Shown: piece after piece, positions 26,801 to 38,608 of the stretch | Position numbering within the stretch: the stretch's first letter is position 1 | How the letters are laid out: the number at the start of each line of letters is the position of its first letter | Source: Phoronis australis | Taxonomy: Eukaryota; Animalia; Phoronida | Assembly: GCA_002633005.1 (NCBI GenBank) | Contig: NMRA01000158.1 | Coordinates: 184,229 to 248,228, forward strand | Direction: 5' to 3' | Length of the DNA stretch: 64,000 nt | Notes under the pieces: model-generated | What the model was told of the DNA's origin: nothing | Seen by the model: the letters and a program-made list of their open reading frames with translations, nothing else | Database searches by the model: none | Position numbers and translations under genes: made by a program

Positions 26801-29800
26801 TGTTCTTTCTCCCAATACCATTTACGGTGTCCTGCTTTACCCAGTTCGCAAGAAATTTGCGGTCAAAGCACAAAAATCCTCCCAAAAAGCCCGTCCGGAG
26901 CAACTTCCGTGTTAATCGAAGGTCAAGGACGATACGGAATTATCCAACGAGTTACGGATGAACGGCAATTGCCGATTTGTCACGATTTCGTAACTGTCCA
27001 TGACAAATCGGCAACTGCCGTTCATCCGTACCTAAAATTCTCCCAAACTCGAATTACCCGATGGAAACTGCAAGGAGTCGGGAATTATTTCGAGCCTTCT
27101 TGTTTTATGGATGTATTTCAAACGTTTGGGATGCAAACCAAAGGACGAGGGAGTTTGCGTTCTGTGTTATCTTTAACGACTTTAATGACAGTCATCAAAG
27201 CAGGTCAGACCTGGCAAATCGCGGATGCTTTTTCAACGAGTATTTTCTCCCTTTTCACATTGCAAACTTAGCTTCTCGAATGCACGTGTCGGTTAGAGAG
27301 CACTGATTCAACTTTCAAGTCGGCAACTAGCCATGCGCACTAGAGCCGCACAATGGAGGTCGTGAAGAACCGTAATGCCGTAACTGCACGTAAGATCCTA
27401 ATTTTACGACCTGAAATTTTTGAGTATTTAACGCCGCAGGTAAGAGCATAATCTAAACATTTTCTCGATGATCTAAAAATCAGTTTTGGCGCGTAAAATG
27501 GCAGGAAATTTTTGCGACCTGACGTTTATGAATGCGATCTGGGTTTTGAGAATGCGACCTGAGATTTTGGCGAGGTCGCAAAATGCGACCTGGTGATTTT
27601 CATAGCGTCGAGCCCTGCAATCTGAAATGCTTTGTTCTAAACCAGGTCAGTTCTACAAACGTCGGCTTAAGATGAACTATAACTTAAGAGCTTGCTATAG
27701 AACACAACTAGCGACCTGCAGTTCGTCATCACTGTAGTTATCCATGGGCGGCGCAGCACTGAAAAAAAGTGGAATATAACCTCCCCAGCCCCCTATGGTG
27801 CGCTGCCCATGTTATTTCTGAGTTGTATTTTTCAGGACACCACTTCCGTCATTATAAACGGAGATGTTGGACTTTGCGAATTGAAGAACCTACCTACTGC
27901 CCAGCCGAAGGTGATCGTGTTCGTCAGTTCTACCTTCACTGATACGAAAGCAGAACGAAATCTGTTGATGAGAGGTGAGATTGGGCGCAGGGGCGGATCC
28001 AGGTTGCGACATACCAAGGGATTTTTAAAAGGGGGCTCCAAGTCAACAATTAGAAAATTCTAGATTTAATATCACTAAAGTCAAGCGAAAAAGAGGGACC
28101 CGTACCCCATTGAGCCCCTGGATCCGCCTATGGAGCTAAATAAATACGAATAATTATCAATGGTTTAAGGGACATAGCACGCGATTACGAAGCTTTGACC
28201 AGTCCCCTAAATTATTCGAGAATTAAAAATTACTTAGTCAATGAGTAACTTTTCAGGTTTTTAAAACCACTAGACATAGGCTATTTTATCAGAAGTGTTC
28301 GAAATCTAGAATAGTTCTCAGTACTCAAAAAGGTGTGACCACAAATATTTTTTGAGTAAAATCTCGAACACGATTTAAAAAATTACTCGAAAATTCCGAT
28401 GCAGCAACGTAGTGTTCATGAAAAAGTGCTCAATATATAGTACAGTTTATTTTAAGCCTTTTAGTAGATATATCTACTAAAATTGCAATCAGTATAAATA
28501 AATAAAGTTTGATTTAGGTGATATATACTCTAAAAAATCTGCAGATGTCAATCATAATGGTATCAACGCTAGACCACGGTAGAAATAAATAACCTCTCTT
28601 CCGTATCGTCCGTACACCGATTGTCCTTTTTAGATTCCTTTTACTTTAATCAATCCTCAATCTTATCTGTTATCCTTACTTTAAGTTTTGAATGCCCCTC
28701 CGCCCGCCCGCTCGCTTGCTCGCCCGCTTGCCCGCACGCGTGCCTGTCAGACCATGTGTTTTGGAATTAGTCAGTCTGTCCGTGTTGTATGAATTTCGTG
28801 ATCACCGTCCGTCCTCTTCACCAGATGTGTACCCATACCTGCGTTCATTGTGTCGACGACTTGGCATGGACTTCGGTACTGCAGACATGCGCTGGGGGAT
28901 TAGAGAAGAAGCCACGCTAGAGCACAGCACCGTGTCTATGTGCATAAAAGAAATTGAGAGGTTAGCATAATCATTATCAAGCTCAGAATAGTTTCTTAGA
29001 AATAGGTTTATAATTGTACTGGCGCGTTTCCACGGCAACTGAAATGGGTGCAAGGGTGTACCAGGAGCGAGTGTGAACTCGAAAACTTTTGAATCATTTG
29101 GATAAAACTACAACCTTTGTTGAACTCTCTGATGTTGGCTCAGCAAGAAATGCGTATTTTACTTTTTTGAAAGCAATTGGATGGTGCTTCGTGGGGTTTG
29201 TGGGCTCCAATGGCTCGGTGCAAAGTCGCCCAGCTCGCATATAAAAACCTATGCCCACTTCAGCTGCCGTGGGGGTTTCAAACGTTCATTATTTGTTGAG
29301 ATAAATGAAGGTTTCATGCACTGTATGCGGTTTCTAAAATGATATGCGTTTTCAGGTGCATCAAAGAGAGCGCCGGTCCAGCGTTCCTGTGCATCTTGGG
29401 ACACAAATACGGCTATCGACCAGTACCAGCTGAAATTGAGCAAACCGAGTTCGAACCTATGCTTCAGTACTTGGAAAATAATAACCACGATACGAAGTTA
29501 CTAAAAGAGTACTTTCGTTTAGACAACAATGCCGTTCCACCAGAGTATGTGTTACGGCCGCGCACGGCTGAAGATACCGACTGGTGGGATACCATGGACA
29601 AGATCACACCTCAGCTCCGCCTGGCGTCTTCTAGCTGCTTCGGGGACGATCTTGACAGGTTAGAAAAATACAACATATCCGTCACCCACACGGAAATCAA
29701 CGTCGGCGCATACGACAATCCAGCGAAACGACAACAGACGACATTTGTTAAGCGGGAACTGTCTGACGTCACTTCCGAGAAACACCTCGACCGCCGTTTG

Positions 29801-32800
29801 ATTGACATGGCCGGGGACGTAATTGACCAAGACGCGCAGAAGAAACTGGAGCAACTGAAGAATGTTGAACTTGTTGAAAACATGTTGAAAGACATAGTAC
29901 TGGAGTTTGACTTCCAGATCAGTGACGTAAAGGCATGTGAAGAGTATATCCGTGGTATATGTGATCAGGTAAGGCCATGGCTTTATTTCAAACGTGTACT
30001 ATATACCAGGTGTTATAAAGTTATGCAAACTAGTGCCCGGGTTCCAATCTTTGTACTACAGCTCAAACTCCAAATTACTTTTTGCATTATTGTGCATTGT
30101 TGTGCATTGTTGTGCATTGTTGTGCATTGTTGTGCAAATGCCAGATAGGCCTACTAAGTGTCGGATTATTTCGTTTTTACTCGAGTTTGTAGCTTGAGCT
30201 TAGGGTTCATCCAGTACAAATGTGGAGTGTAATTCATCGACGTTGTTCTTGATGTATTCTGTCCCAGAATATTGGACACTTATGTTAAATTTGCACAAAA
30301 GTAGATTACGGAAATATCAAAAATAATTTTAAATCGGATTTTGAGAACAAACATTAGGTCCCGGGCCTTGGTGTCGTTATCACTTTTTCTTGTTTTTATT
30401 TCATTTATTTATAAAATTTAGTTGTCAAAATGTTATTGTTTTCTCATTGCGTTTGTAATTTAATTTTTCAGGTTTGTAGAAAATTTGCTGACCAAATTCT
30501 CAAGAATTATGAAGAGTTCCTGCACACAGAGGAGGATGAGGTGTTCCAGGAGGCTATGCAACATCGTCAGCTTGCACTTGACAAATGCAGCTTGTTCGTC
30601 GGACGGGAGGTGGAATTGGGGAAAATTATCAATTACGCTCAAGCACTTGGAACCGGTGACAACGTCCTTTCAATCCACGGTCGTTCAGGTTGTGGCAAAA
30701 CTGCTCTACTAGCAATGGGCGCCAAACAGGCAAAGGAAGCTATACCTCAATCTGTTCTGATTCTCCGTTTTCTCGGAACCACTAGTTTTTCGGGATCCGC
30801 GAGGTCTCTTCTCTTTAACATATGCTCGCAAATAACACGTGCGTATGCCAAGGACGTGTCTCTCATTCCGGGGTCTTACAAAGAGCTAATAAGCTATTTC
30901 AAAGTCTGCCTGTCTTACGCAAGCAGCTCCTGCCCGCTTTTGATTTTCCTAGACTCGCTTGACCAGCTCTCGAATGAAGACTTCGGCAGAAACTTAGCAT
31001 GGCTTCCTCTAAAAGACCATTTGCCTCCACATGTGAAGATTGTAGTCTCCAGTATTCCTTCCGAGTGCTTAGATGTTCTTCAGACATTCCTGACTGAATC
31101 GCATTGCTTTGAGATCCTGCCCCTCAAACTTCAACAGGGACCCGAAATTCTCGGCAAAATGCTTGCCCAGAAAAACCGCAAAATTACCAAGGAGCAAGAG
31201 GAAATAGTAATTCAGGCATTTTCAAAATGCCCTCTTCCGCTTTTCCTTCGACTTGCATCTGACATCGCTATGCGTTGGCACTCTTATGATGTTATTGGAG
31301 CTGACGCAATAGCAGAAGACATGCCGGGTCTTATAAGCGCTCTCTTCCGGAGGCTCGAAACGCGATACGGCGAGGTCTTTGTGAAGCGTACATTGGGTTA
31401 CATCACTGCAGCAAAACAGGGTTTGTCAGTTACGGAGTTGGAAGATGTTCTTTCCTGTGACGACGTTGTACTTGACAGCGTGTTTGAGTGGTGGACTCCT
31501 CCCTTCAGACGGATACCACCGCTGCTCTGGGCCCGAGTGCGCAGTGAACTTGGCGTCTATCTCGTAGAGCGTGGCGTGGACGGTGTTAGCGCGTACAACT
31601 GGTATCACCGTCAGTTTTGGGAGACAGCGGTAGCGAGATACCTGGATGGATCAGAAAGTTTTCGCACTGATGCACACGAGTCTATTATGAATTATTTCGA
31701 TGGAAAGTGGGAAAATGGTGTTATGTACACCCGCAAGTTGAAGGATGGTTCATTCGGGGCCCCTGTTCTTGAGCCACGTCAAGTGCCAAAGCAACCGATC
31801 GTGCTTAGTGGAGTGAGGGGTGCACAGAGGCAACTTAACAGACGAAAACTTAATGAGCTGCCTTACCATCTGATAAAGCTTCAGATGTGGGACAAACTGA
31901 TCCATTTGTTCCGTGATCTCGAGTTTCTTGAAGCGAAGTTCGAGGCTGGCTTTGGTTATCAGTGCTTGAGTGAATTACGTGAGGCCACAGCACAGTCGGG
32001 CATTCATCCTGACCTCCAACACCTGACACGGTTTGTTGGGGCTAATCTCGCCTTCTTACTTAGAGAACCCGAGGCAGTGTATCAAGTGACTTCTCAGTTA
32101 CCTCTAAGTAGCCCCATGCGGTCAACCATGGATAATGTCCCTCACGAAAATTTCCCAAAGGCGTTACTAGTGGACACTGACACAAAGGACTTCAACGACC
32201 CCTGCGAAATCACCCTATCTGGGCACACTGCTTCTGTGAGATCCTGCGATTATTCTCCAAAAGGTACATTGTGAACAAATTAATTGAACCAAGTAGTTTA
32301 AAAATTTTAGCATAACGAATGCCTAAATTGTATCTACAACAAATGCTCTTGGTTATTGTAAACATCTGTCAAGTCAGTTTCCAGAAGGTTTTCAACACCT
32401 GGTAGTAATCTGGGTCCATGGACTAAAGTTTTTGACTAAGTTTTGTCTTAAATTTAGCTAACTTACCCGATGTGGAAGTTTCAAAGTTTGGAAGTTCAGA
32501 CAAATCTTAGACCTCTGTCAGAAATTGACTCAAGTCAGCTTCTTGGAACAGGCCCTTGGTCCACGCTAAAGAAATTAAGATCTCGGCGTTTACTGATATC
32601 GTAGGCTGTTGACGGTAACAGTTCTTGTAGATATATATTTACAAAGTACAACGTAGCGTGGAACTGCTTCTAGTTTTCCACGTTGTAGTTTATGATGCCT
32701 TATCAAGCCGTAAGTATCTGTGACTAACAGACTTCAATAAATAAGCCATACTACACAATGCAGTTGGCAGTTGATACACACGAGGTTTAATATGCGGTTA

Positions 32801-35800
32801 CAGGGGACATCATTATATCTACCGCGGACGATAGAACCCTGCGTATCTGGGACACGGTTACAGGGGCAGAGTTGATCACTATCACTGATCTGCCGGAGAC
32901 GATCTTTCCTAAGAAGGGAGACGCACAACCCCTCAAACTTCATGCCGCTAACCCGTGCTGTTTCGCTCCGTCTGGAGAGATCATTGGTAACGGAAGCGAG
33001 GCTGGTGAGATCATATTATGGGACACCAGAGGTCGCCAAGTGAGTAAAGACTAATGATGAGGACGTAGGATTAATTAAAGCGGAAAACCAGTTTTGGTTT
33101 TTACCACGCACTATTAGATTCTGGTGTCCTGTTGTCCCTTAAAAGTGTCGTGTGGACTTAGAAAGAACTGGTTGAACGTCGTCACGCTCACTCGCGACGG
33201 TCGCTCGCGACCAGGCTTTATAAGTCGACTAGGCTGCTCATTTTATGGGACTAGTATGGCTTCAAATCATAACGAACCCTTAGTTCTTTTCAAGACCAGA
33301 AATCGCTTCTAATCTGAGCACAGAACAAGTTGGGGTCAGTTTTATATGGGAATGTGGTCGAAATCAAAAGTTTGACAGAATGCGGATTTATAGTTTAACC
33401 TGCGGAGATTCCTGTAAAAACTGTTAAACCCTTATTGTTTTATGTGTCATTGGTCCCTGGATTTTTGGTCTTTGAGAAACGTATTGTGATGTTGGTTTAT
33501 TAATTTTATTTGTTGCGACACTGGCATTTTGTCGAAGCACTCGAAGGGGTACTTTTTGGTTATTAGATAATAAAATGAAATCTTTGAAAGATTGTTGCTC
33601 GCTATGTCCCTGAAATTTCACAAACGTTCGCAGAAAATTTGATAAATCCTTCTAATGCTTCATTTATCTTGTTCAACGACTTTTGGTAAAGCCAGTGTTG
33701 CTAAACATTTCAAAAGCGAAATTTATATAGACGTCTCATCTGTTGACGTCACATCTCATCTGTTGCAGATTCATAAGGAGAAAGAGGACGCTGGAGAGGT
33801 CAGCTACGTCTGCTTCAGTCCATCAGAGGACTTGCTGCTTGCTACGACATTTAGAAATGGCCATGTTTGTCTTTGGTACGGCCAAGAGTTAAGGAAAGTC
33901 TTTAGTGACGAAACTGGGAGTTATACAACATGCGCGGCATTTTCTACGGATGGAACCATGTTAGCTGTTACTCCAATCACGGGTAACTAATTTCTATCTC
34001 GCTTCGGAGAGTCTCAACTACAGAAAAGACAAAGCTAGTGATAAAAGCGTTTGTGTTTGTCAAATGTATATGGACTTAAAGGGTCAAACTCCAGTGAAAT
34101 TTTGACGAATGTGACCACAATCTCAATATAAAAATCTCATATTTGATATAGACAGTGTCCTGGGCCCTGATAATGTGTTTTTTTTTCTCGTGCTTCTACG
34201 TTTCGTACAAAGCAATTGCGCACCCTTGCGGAAATTTGATTTAAACTGGTATAGTCAGCTGTATACTATGTGTCGGGACTTTGGTTCGAAAGTCTGAAGT
34301 TGTAATTAAAGTACATACTAATTATAATACTGCTTTGCGTGTGTATTAACCAGTTGTTGTTGCATGCAGGTCTCATGCTCTACGATACGTCAGACGTGAA
34401 CAACGTGTCACTGTTGAGCCGTGCTCGTGGGCAGACGAACCTTCACTTGAGCTGCGCTTTCCACCCCACTGGAGCAATGGCGGTCACCGGTGGAGATGAT
34501 TCCGCTATCTCTGTTTGGGACATACGCGACAGGCAGTCCATCGGAGTGTCTAAGAAACGTGTGAACTTCCACCGAGCTTGGATTTGGTCCACTAAGTTTA
34601 CCAAATGCGGCACGTACTTGTTCACCACCTCTTCAGACAGATCGATTAAGATGTGGCAGTGCAACGGTCCCATCCTTCCTGGTGATAGTTGGGAGGTCAT
34701 TAAAACACTGGGTGGACACAGCCATCGCGTTTGCATAGTGTCACTGAGACCGGGCAAAGAGGACAAGATTGTCACGTCATCACTGGATACATCACTCAAG
34801 CTCTGGGACATCGAGACTATCAAAACTGGAACACTACCTCCAACAGGTTCGCTGCACTACCACCTGTCCGTAGCAACACCGGCCGGTAACTACTTGACAA
34901 CAGTTGTGGGCTGGTCCTGTTGGTGCAACATCATTGACGTCAGCACCAGGAAATACGTTGCCAAAACTCCGCAACACACAGGCTTCCTCTCTAGAGCTGA
35001 ATACTCAGCAGATGGCAGGATATTGTTAACCCTGGACACAGGTCACAAGGGAGACTATCGTGTAAGTTGATCCATCTTGGATGTGTTAGCACAAAAGAAA
35101 TTGTGAAATGCAGACTTTTTGAGGTATTTAAAATCGTATGCCATGAGAGTGAAGGTGTCTAATAAATTCGAAAGGAAAGAGTTTATACTGGCATTGGGGA
35201 CAGATTGTCACCTAGTGTGATCGTGGTTGCTTTCTCCAGTGACCGTCGGATTCAAAGAAGTCTGATGCCTTTTTACGCATACAATCACGTTTTTGTCAAT
35301 AATTTGTACATTAGCCTCAACGAAAGCCTTATAAAAACAACTGAAGTGCGTGGAGGAGACAATGTGGCTCAGTTGTTTGAGCCCCGGATTTCGGTTTATG
35401 AGACTCAGATACGAATCCTGGCTTTACTGGCATTGCACAAAGGTGTCTCCTACTCCTCTGAGCTCGGCCTTAGTGAATGAATGCAAGGCAGTGAATGAGA
35501 ACCTGAATAGAATACGAAAGCGATTTCTGGGCGTGTGCTGATATTAAAAAGAAAACTTTATTGCAAGGCCGTAATACATTGGTTGCTAGGCTAGACGCAG
35601 ATTGCAGTGAAACGTTCTTCTCGTTTTTCCAGGAAGGTGCCGCAAGAGAAGCCCATGTCTATGTTAGCAGTGTACCTGATGGTCAGCTTATTGTCGCCCT
35701 TGGTGTTTCCGGTCCGACATTCTTCTCGCGAGGAAAAGATTTAGTGGTAGTTGGTAAGATCACCTGATTACGTCACTGTTTCCCTTTCATCTTGCCATTA

Positions 35801-36763
35801 CCCTGTAAATATTTAGGTTGAAAATGTGCGAATTTGTTGTGGTATTTGTTAACATTTGTATGTGCAACCTCCTACCTTTAAGAGCACGGTGGAAAATATG
35901 CCACAGCCAAGGAAATTTTCTCTTCAGTGAAAAGATATTGCATAGAAAATAACGACCAGCAAGTTATTTATGAAGATTTGACCATTCGAGATTCCCTCGA
36001 ATCTCCTAAAACCCTGTCGACATTGTTTTAGGCACAATGGATGGCAACGTGCACGTCTTCGCTATGCATGATTTCCAAGAAATCCGTCAATGGCGCTGTG
36101 GGTCACAGGTGATCACAACTGTGGCGTGTTCGCCTGATGATGCACATGTTCTGGTTACTTTTGGAAAGGAAGGGCGAGTATGTCATGTCAAGTGAGTAAT
36201 AGTTTAACCTAAGATTTTGATTTTAAGCCTGTTACACGTCAATAGCCATTTGTTCATATGCTTTAGCAGCCATGGTAAAATTCTATAAATGGCAATCAGC
36301 TGTTCTAGTCCGTTTATTTATCACGATTTCAACTAGACATTTAAAACAATGAAAGCTGTTGTGTGGAATACATATTGTGATTTTTGACTCACACAGGGAT
36401 GGATCTACTGTAAGCGACCTCCCTGACATTACTAGCCGGACATACCAGAGCCAGTATTCAGTACAGGGTCATCGTCTAGTCGTCGGTACTGACAGTGGAA
36501 AGATGTTGGTCTGGTCGGTTCCGCAGTATCAGTTGCTTCACGTGCTAACGAAGCACACCTACTACGTGAAAGATCTTCAGTTCTCGCCCAGTGGGAGGCA
36601 TCTTGTGTCGTCTGCTGACCTCAGCGTCAGAGTCTGGGATGTGGAGGACGGGTTTAATCTGAAAGCCGTGTACTTCTGCCCCGTGAACTGTGCGACCTTC
36701 ATTGGAGATAACATTGTCGTAGCTGGGGACTCAAGTGGAATGCTGCGATATCTGAAGTTTTAA
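20638..36763 (+). CDS. NACHT and WD-repeat domain protein (NWD1/NWD2-like; DUF4062-NACHT-WD40), 11 coding exons, 1560 aa
   Basis: Exons 20638-20850, 27836-27974, 28825-28960, 29356-29968, 30472-32263, 32804-33039, 33769-33982, 34370-35061, 35633-35753, 36032-36191 and 36397-36763 total 4683 nt, all GT-AG and phase-compatible. DUF4062 motifs VFVSSTFTDTKAER / DMRWG / LGHKYGYRP; Walker A GRSGCGKT (30679-30702); Walker B LLIFLDSLDQL; NWD-type ELEDVLSCDD...RIPPLLW...WYHRQF and ELPYHL; many GH...WD repeats. Linking the first exon across the 7-kb intron is inferred from phase and the lack of a nearer start. Confidence 0.9.
23740..24010 (+). pseudogene. Degenerate transposase-like N-terminal Cys/His fragment
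   Basis: Translation ...LIVCGKHRAQFGIRWRPRKTRTHPQL then VSEEISQR resembles a CxxHRxxxGxxWRxxxxCxHP motif I recall from invertebrate DNA-transposon proteins (possibly Sola-type). Interrupted by stops; family uncertain. Confidence 0.4.
24508..25680. repeat. Three degenerate copies of a ~130-180 bp unit
   Basis: gttgaatt...tgtattta...gcattttt..atgacgattcttgg at ~24508-24690, ~25395-25553 and ~25554-25680. Confidence 0.7.
25287..25360. repeat. Palindromic hairpin
   Basis: Perfect core gacattattccgcgtat-tg-atacgcggaataatgtc (25306-25341) with imperfect extension. Confidence 0.85.
26953..27030. repeat. Long hairpin (~30-bp stem)
   Basis: tacggatgaacggcaattgccgatttgtca pairs with tgacaaatcggcaactgccgttcatccgta, one mismatch. 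Confidence 0.85.
27743..27811. mobile_element. ~70-bp MITE of the 6593 family
   Basis: catgggcggcgcagcactgaaaaa...ccctatggtgcgctgcccatg; flanks ttatc/ttatt (4 of 5 TSD match). Confidence 0.78.
27836..27974 (+). CDS. NWD-like exon 2 (start of DUF4062)
   Basis: tttttcag|DTTSVIING...KVIVFVSSTFTDTKAERNLLMR|gtgaga. Confidence 0.9.
27988..28132. mobile_element. hAT-like MITE (CAGGGGCGGATCCAG termini)
   Basis: caggggcggatccagg ... cctggatccgcctatg; TSD not clearly preserved. Confidence 0.65.
28825..28960 (+). CDS. NWD-like exon 3
   Basis: tcaccag|DVYPYLRSLCRRLGMDFGTADMRWGIREE...MCIKEIER|gttagc. Confidence 0.9.
29356..29968 (+). CDS. NWD-like exon 4
   Basis: ttttcag|CIKESAGPAFLCILGHKYGYRPVP...DNNAVPPEYVL...SVTHTEI...GICDQ|gtaagg. 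Confidence 0.92.
30081..30136. repeat. 10-bp minisatellite (TGTGCATTGT)n, ~5 copies
   Basis: Directly visible in the intron after NWD exon 4. Confidence 0.9.
30472..32263 (+). CDS. NWD-like exon 5 (NACHT, helical region, start of first WD repeat)
   Basis: Long ORF 30430-32274 with FVGRE, P-loop GRSGCGKT, RFLGTT, LDSLDQL, PLFLRL and LSGHTASVRSCDYSPK; donor gtacat. Confidence 0.95.
32375..32556. mobile_element. Short TIR element related to 56961-57218 (possibly Harbinger-type MITE)
   Basis: Terminal agtcagcttcttggaacaggccc resembles agtcagttttcgtggaacaggcgcc (57195-57218) and the reverse complement of ggggcccataccaagaaactgact (56962); shared gact(t)aag motifs. Confidence 0.5.
32804..33039 (+). 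CDS. NWD-like exon 6 (WD40)
   Basis: gttacag|GDIIISTADDRTLRIWDTVTG...GSEAGEIILWDTRGRQ|gtgagt. Confidence 0.9.
33769..33982 (+). CDS. NWD-like exon 7 (WD40)
   Basis: ttgcag|IHKEKEDAGEVSYVCFSPSEDLLL...CAAFSTDGTMLAVTPIT|gtaact. Confidence 0.88.
34370..35061 (+). CDS. NWD-like exon 8 (WD40)
   Basis: catgcag|GLMLYD...TGGDDSAISVWD...SSDRSIKMW...SSLDTSLKLWD...GDYR|gtaagt. Confidence 0.92.
35355..35562 (+). mobile_element. Degenerate tRNA-derived SINE
   Basis: A-box-like gtggctcagttgtttgagc (~35364), B-box-like gatacgaatcc (~35408), ~150-nt body and A-rich end. Confidence 0.5.
35633..35753 (+). CDS. NWD-like exon 9
   Basis: tttttccag|EGAAREAHVYVSSVPDGQ...DLVVV|gtaaga; phases 0/1 fit the neighbouring exons. 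Confidence 0.82.
36032..36191 (+). CDS. NWD-like exon 10 (not in the ORF track)
   Basis: gttttag|GTMDGNVHVFAM...VITTVACSPDDAHVLVTFGKEGRVCHVK|gtgagt; phases 1/2 fit. Confidence 0.85.
36397..36763 (+). CDS. NWD-like terminal exon (WD40)
   Basis: cacacag|DGSTV...GTDSGKMLVW...HTYYVKDLQFSPSG...VRVWD...AGDSSGMLRYLKF-stop. Confidence 0.92.
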
Positions 36764-38608
36764 ACAAGATCAATGTTTATTATTTGTCACTCTTTAATTG
36801 GTGTGCCTTAAATTCGTATAATTGTTGCCGCGACTTCAGGTAACAAGCTTATCCCCTAAATGCCTGTTGGAAGGTCAGTAAAATATGGGTGTGGCCTACC
36901 TTACGTACGTCAAAATCGTTGCTTAAAAACTTCTAGATCTACGTGCAAATTATTGGAGGGCACTACCCCGTTCCACTTAATAGAAGTTAAGGAGAGTTCT
37001 TAATTTAAGCTACACCCAGTCTAACTGTGATATTTCGTGGATGTAGTCAAACAGGAGTTCAGGTTTTGTATATTTGTCCCTCACATCACGATATTTGATG
37101 TTTAAGGGTTTCAACTACAAGTGTCTAACGGTGAGTGTTGTGAAGTAACTTTGTGTTGTGGCATAATATAACGAGTACGATACCACCAATCTATTTGGGA
37201 TACAGCGAGGCAGTGAATGGTGCACATTTCGCCAGTTAGAACGAATTACGTGATCGTTCTCAGCAGTTCTTGTAGAGACCTTTGTTCAAGTGACGTGATA
37301 GAATTGGCATTTGACGCCCGGCAGGGGTCACGTCTTCCTCTTAATAATTTGCAGGAGTCAGGGTGAAATCCGTCGTCCGGCTTAGGCGTAAGGCCGGGGG
37401 CAATGGAGAAAAGAAAATCAGTGAAACATGTAACAAGGAGAACGTTTAACAGAACATTTCTTAACTACCAGTTCTTGGCCTTTGCCAGGACATTTTTGTT
37501 AGGGGACCCGTCACGACAAGTCGTTTAAACCCCCTTGAAAAGGTGCTCTTAAACGAACACTTCAATAATGTCAAGAAATCACGTGATGCACACATTTTCC
37601 AGAGCAAATTTATTCAGATTTTTAAATTCAAGATGGCTTTTCTTTAGTAATATAAATTTGTATTTTTTCGGGAACCTCTCTCTGACAAAGGATAATGGAG
37701 TCATCTGTCGCTCCGTTTTATCGAAGGGGGACCCTGGTGTTAGCATCATCTGCTCCTCATTTTCTGTTTTTAAAATTATTTTTATTTAATATTTAAGGGC
37801 TCCAACCTCAGGAGGAGACCTGATGATTCAAAGCCACTCTTTTCCTTTTTATATCCTTTCCTGCAAGTGAAGGGAAGCCACATCGATGGAATCAATTGGT
37901 CTTCTTTTCTGGTTTTGTGAAATCGTACAATATTTTACGTTGAAGAAGACCGCCTCTTGGAGGGTCGCCTGGTGATGGATTTATTTGTCTCTATTTCTAT
38001 TAATAACGAAATAGCCTTTCACTTTAAGGAGTCACTTTTCAGACCTTGTCTTCTGTTGGAGGGCGGCCCCGGGCAATTGCACCAGGTCACCCTGTAAATC
38101 CGACACGCTCAACTAGTGAACTACATGCAGATAAACTTTCAAAATGGTTTAGAAAACCACAGAACATGCTTCGGGGAAGAGCTACAGCTTCTTGACACGT
38201 GACTCGAACAAAAATGTGAGACTCTATCCGACGTTTACACCATGTTGTTTCGTCATTAGGCCCGTGGATGTCGGTACTAATGTGCTTATGTAAGAAACGT
38301 AGGCGCATGGGCCTGTACGCGAATAATGAGTCAGATCATTATTAGAGCAGCGCTGCATAAAGAGGAAGTTGCTCATATGATACCCACGTGTCGATCACTG
38401 TAGGGTATTTTGATGACCGCGTACAATACGTAGTCTAACAGAATAAGGTTTTCAAATCCCATGTACAGACGAATCGTAAAACATTTCTGGGATTTTAATT
38501 GAATGATTCCTAAGCTGTAACAGGGCTACCACCGGAATGAACCAGAATTCAGGTTGACACGGATTTTTTAAAAACAATATTGTGTGAGGACTGCCAAACC
38601 CCCGTGGA

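Larger units (their letters stand above)
21113..27617. mobile_element. ~6.5 kb TIR DNA element (hAT/hAT5-like) with 5-bp TSD, filling the first coding intron of the NWD-like gene
   Basis: Left end ctgggctcgac, right end gtcgagccctg (10 of 11 inverted match). CAATC flanks both sides (21108-21112, 27618-27622). Both ends carry clusters of GCGA(C/G)CTG motifs and the shared hairpin gtcgcaaaatgcgac. Confidence 0.72.

Noticed and set aside
26792-27271. 159-aa ORF nested in the NWD intron
   Set aside because: It crosses a long hairpin inside a transposon-like element, has no recognisable domain and overlaps other equally arbitrary ORFs.
34443-34823. Antisense ORFs over coding exons (also 29611-29895, 11237-11500, 12571-12879)
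   Set aside because: Shadow ORFs of real exons on the opposite strand.
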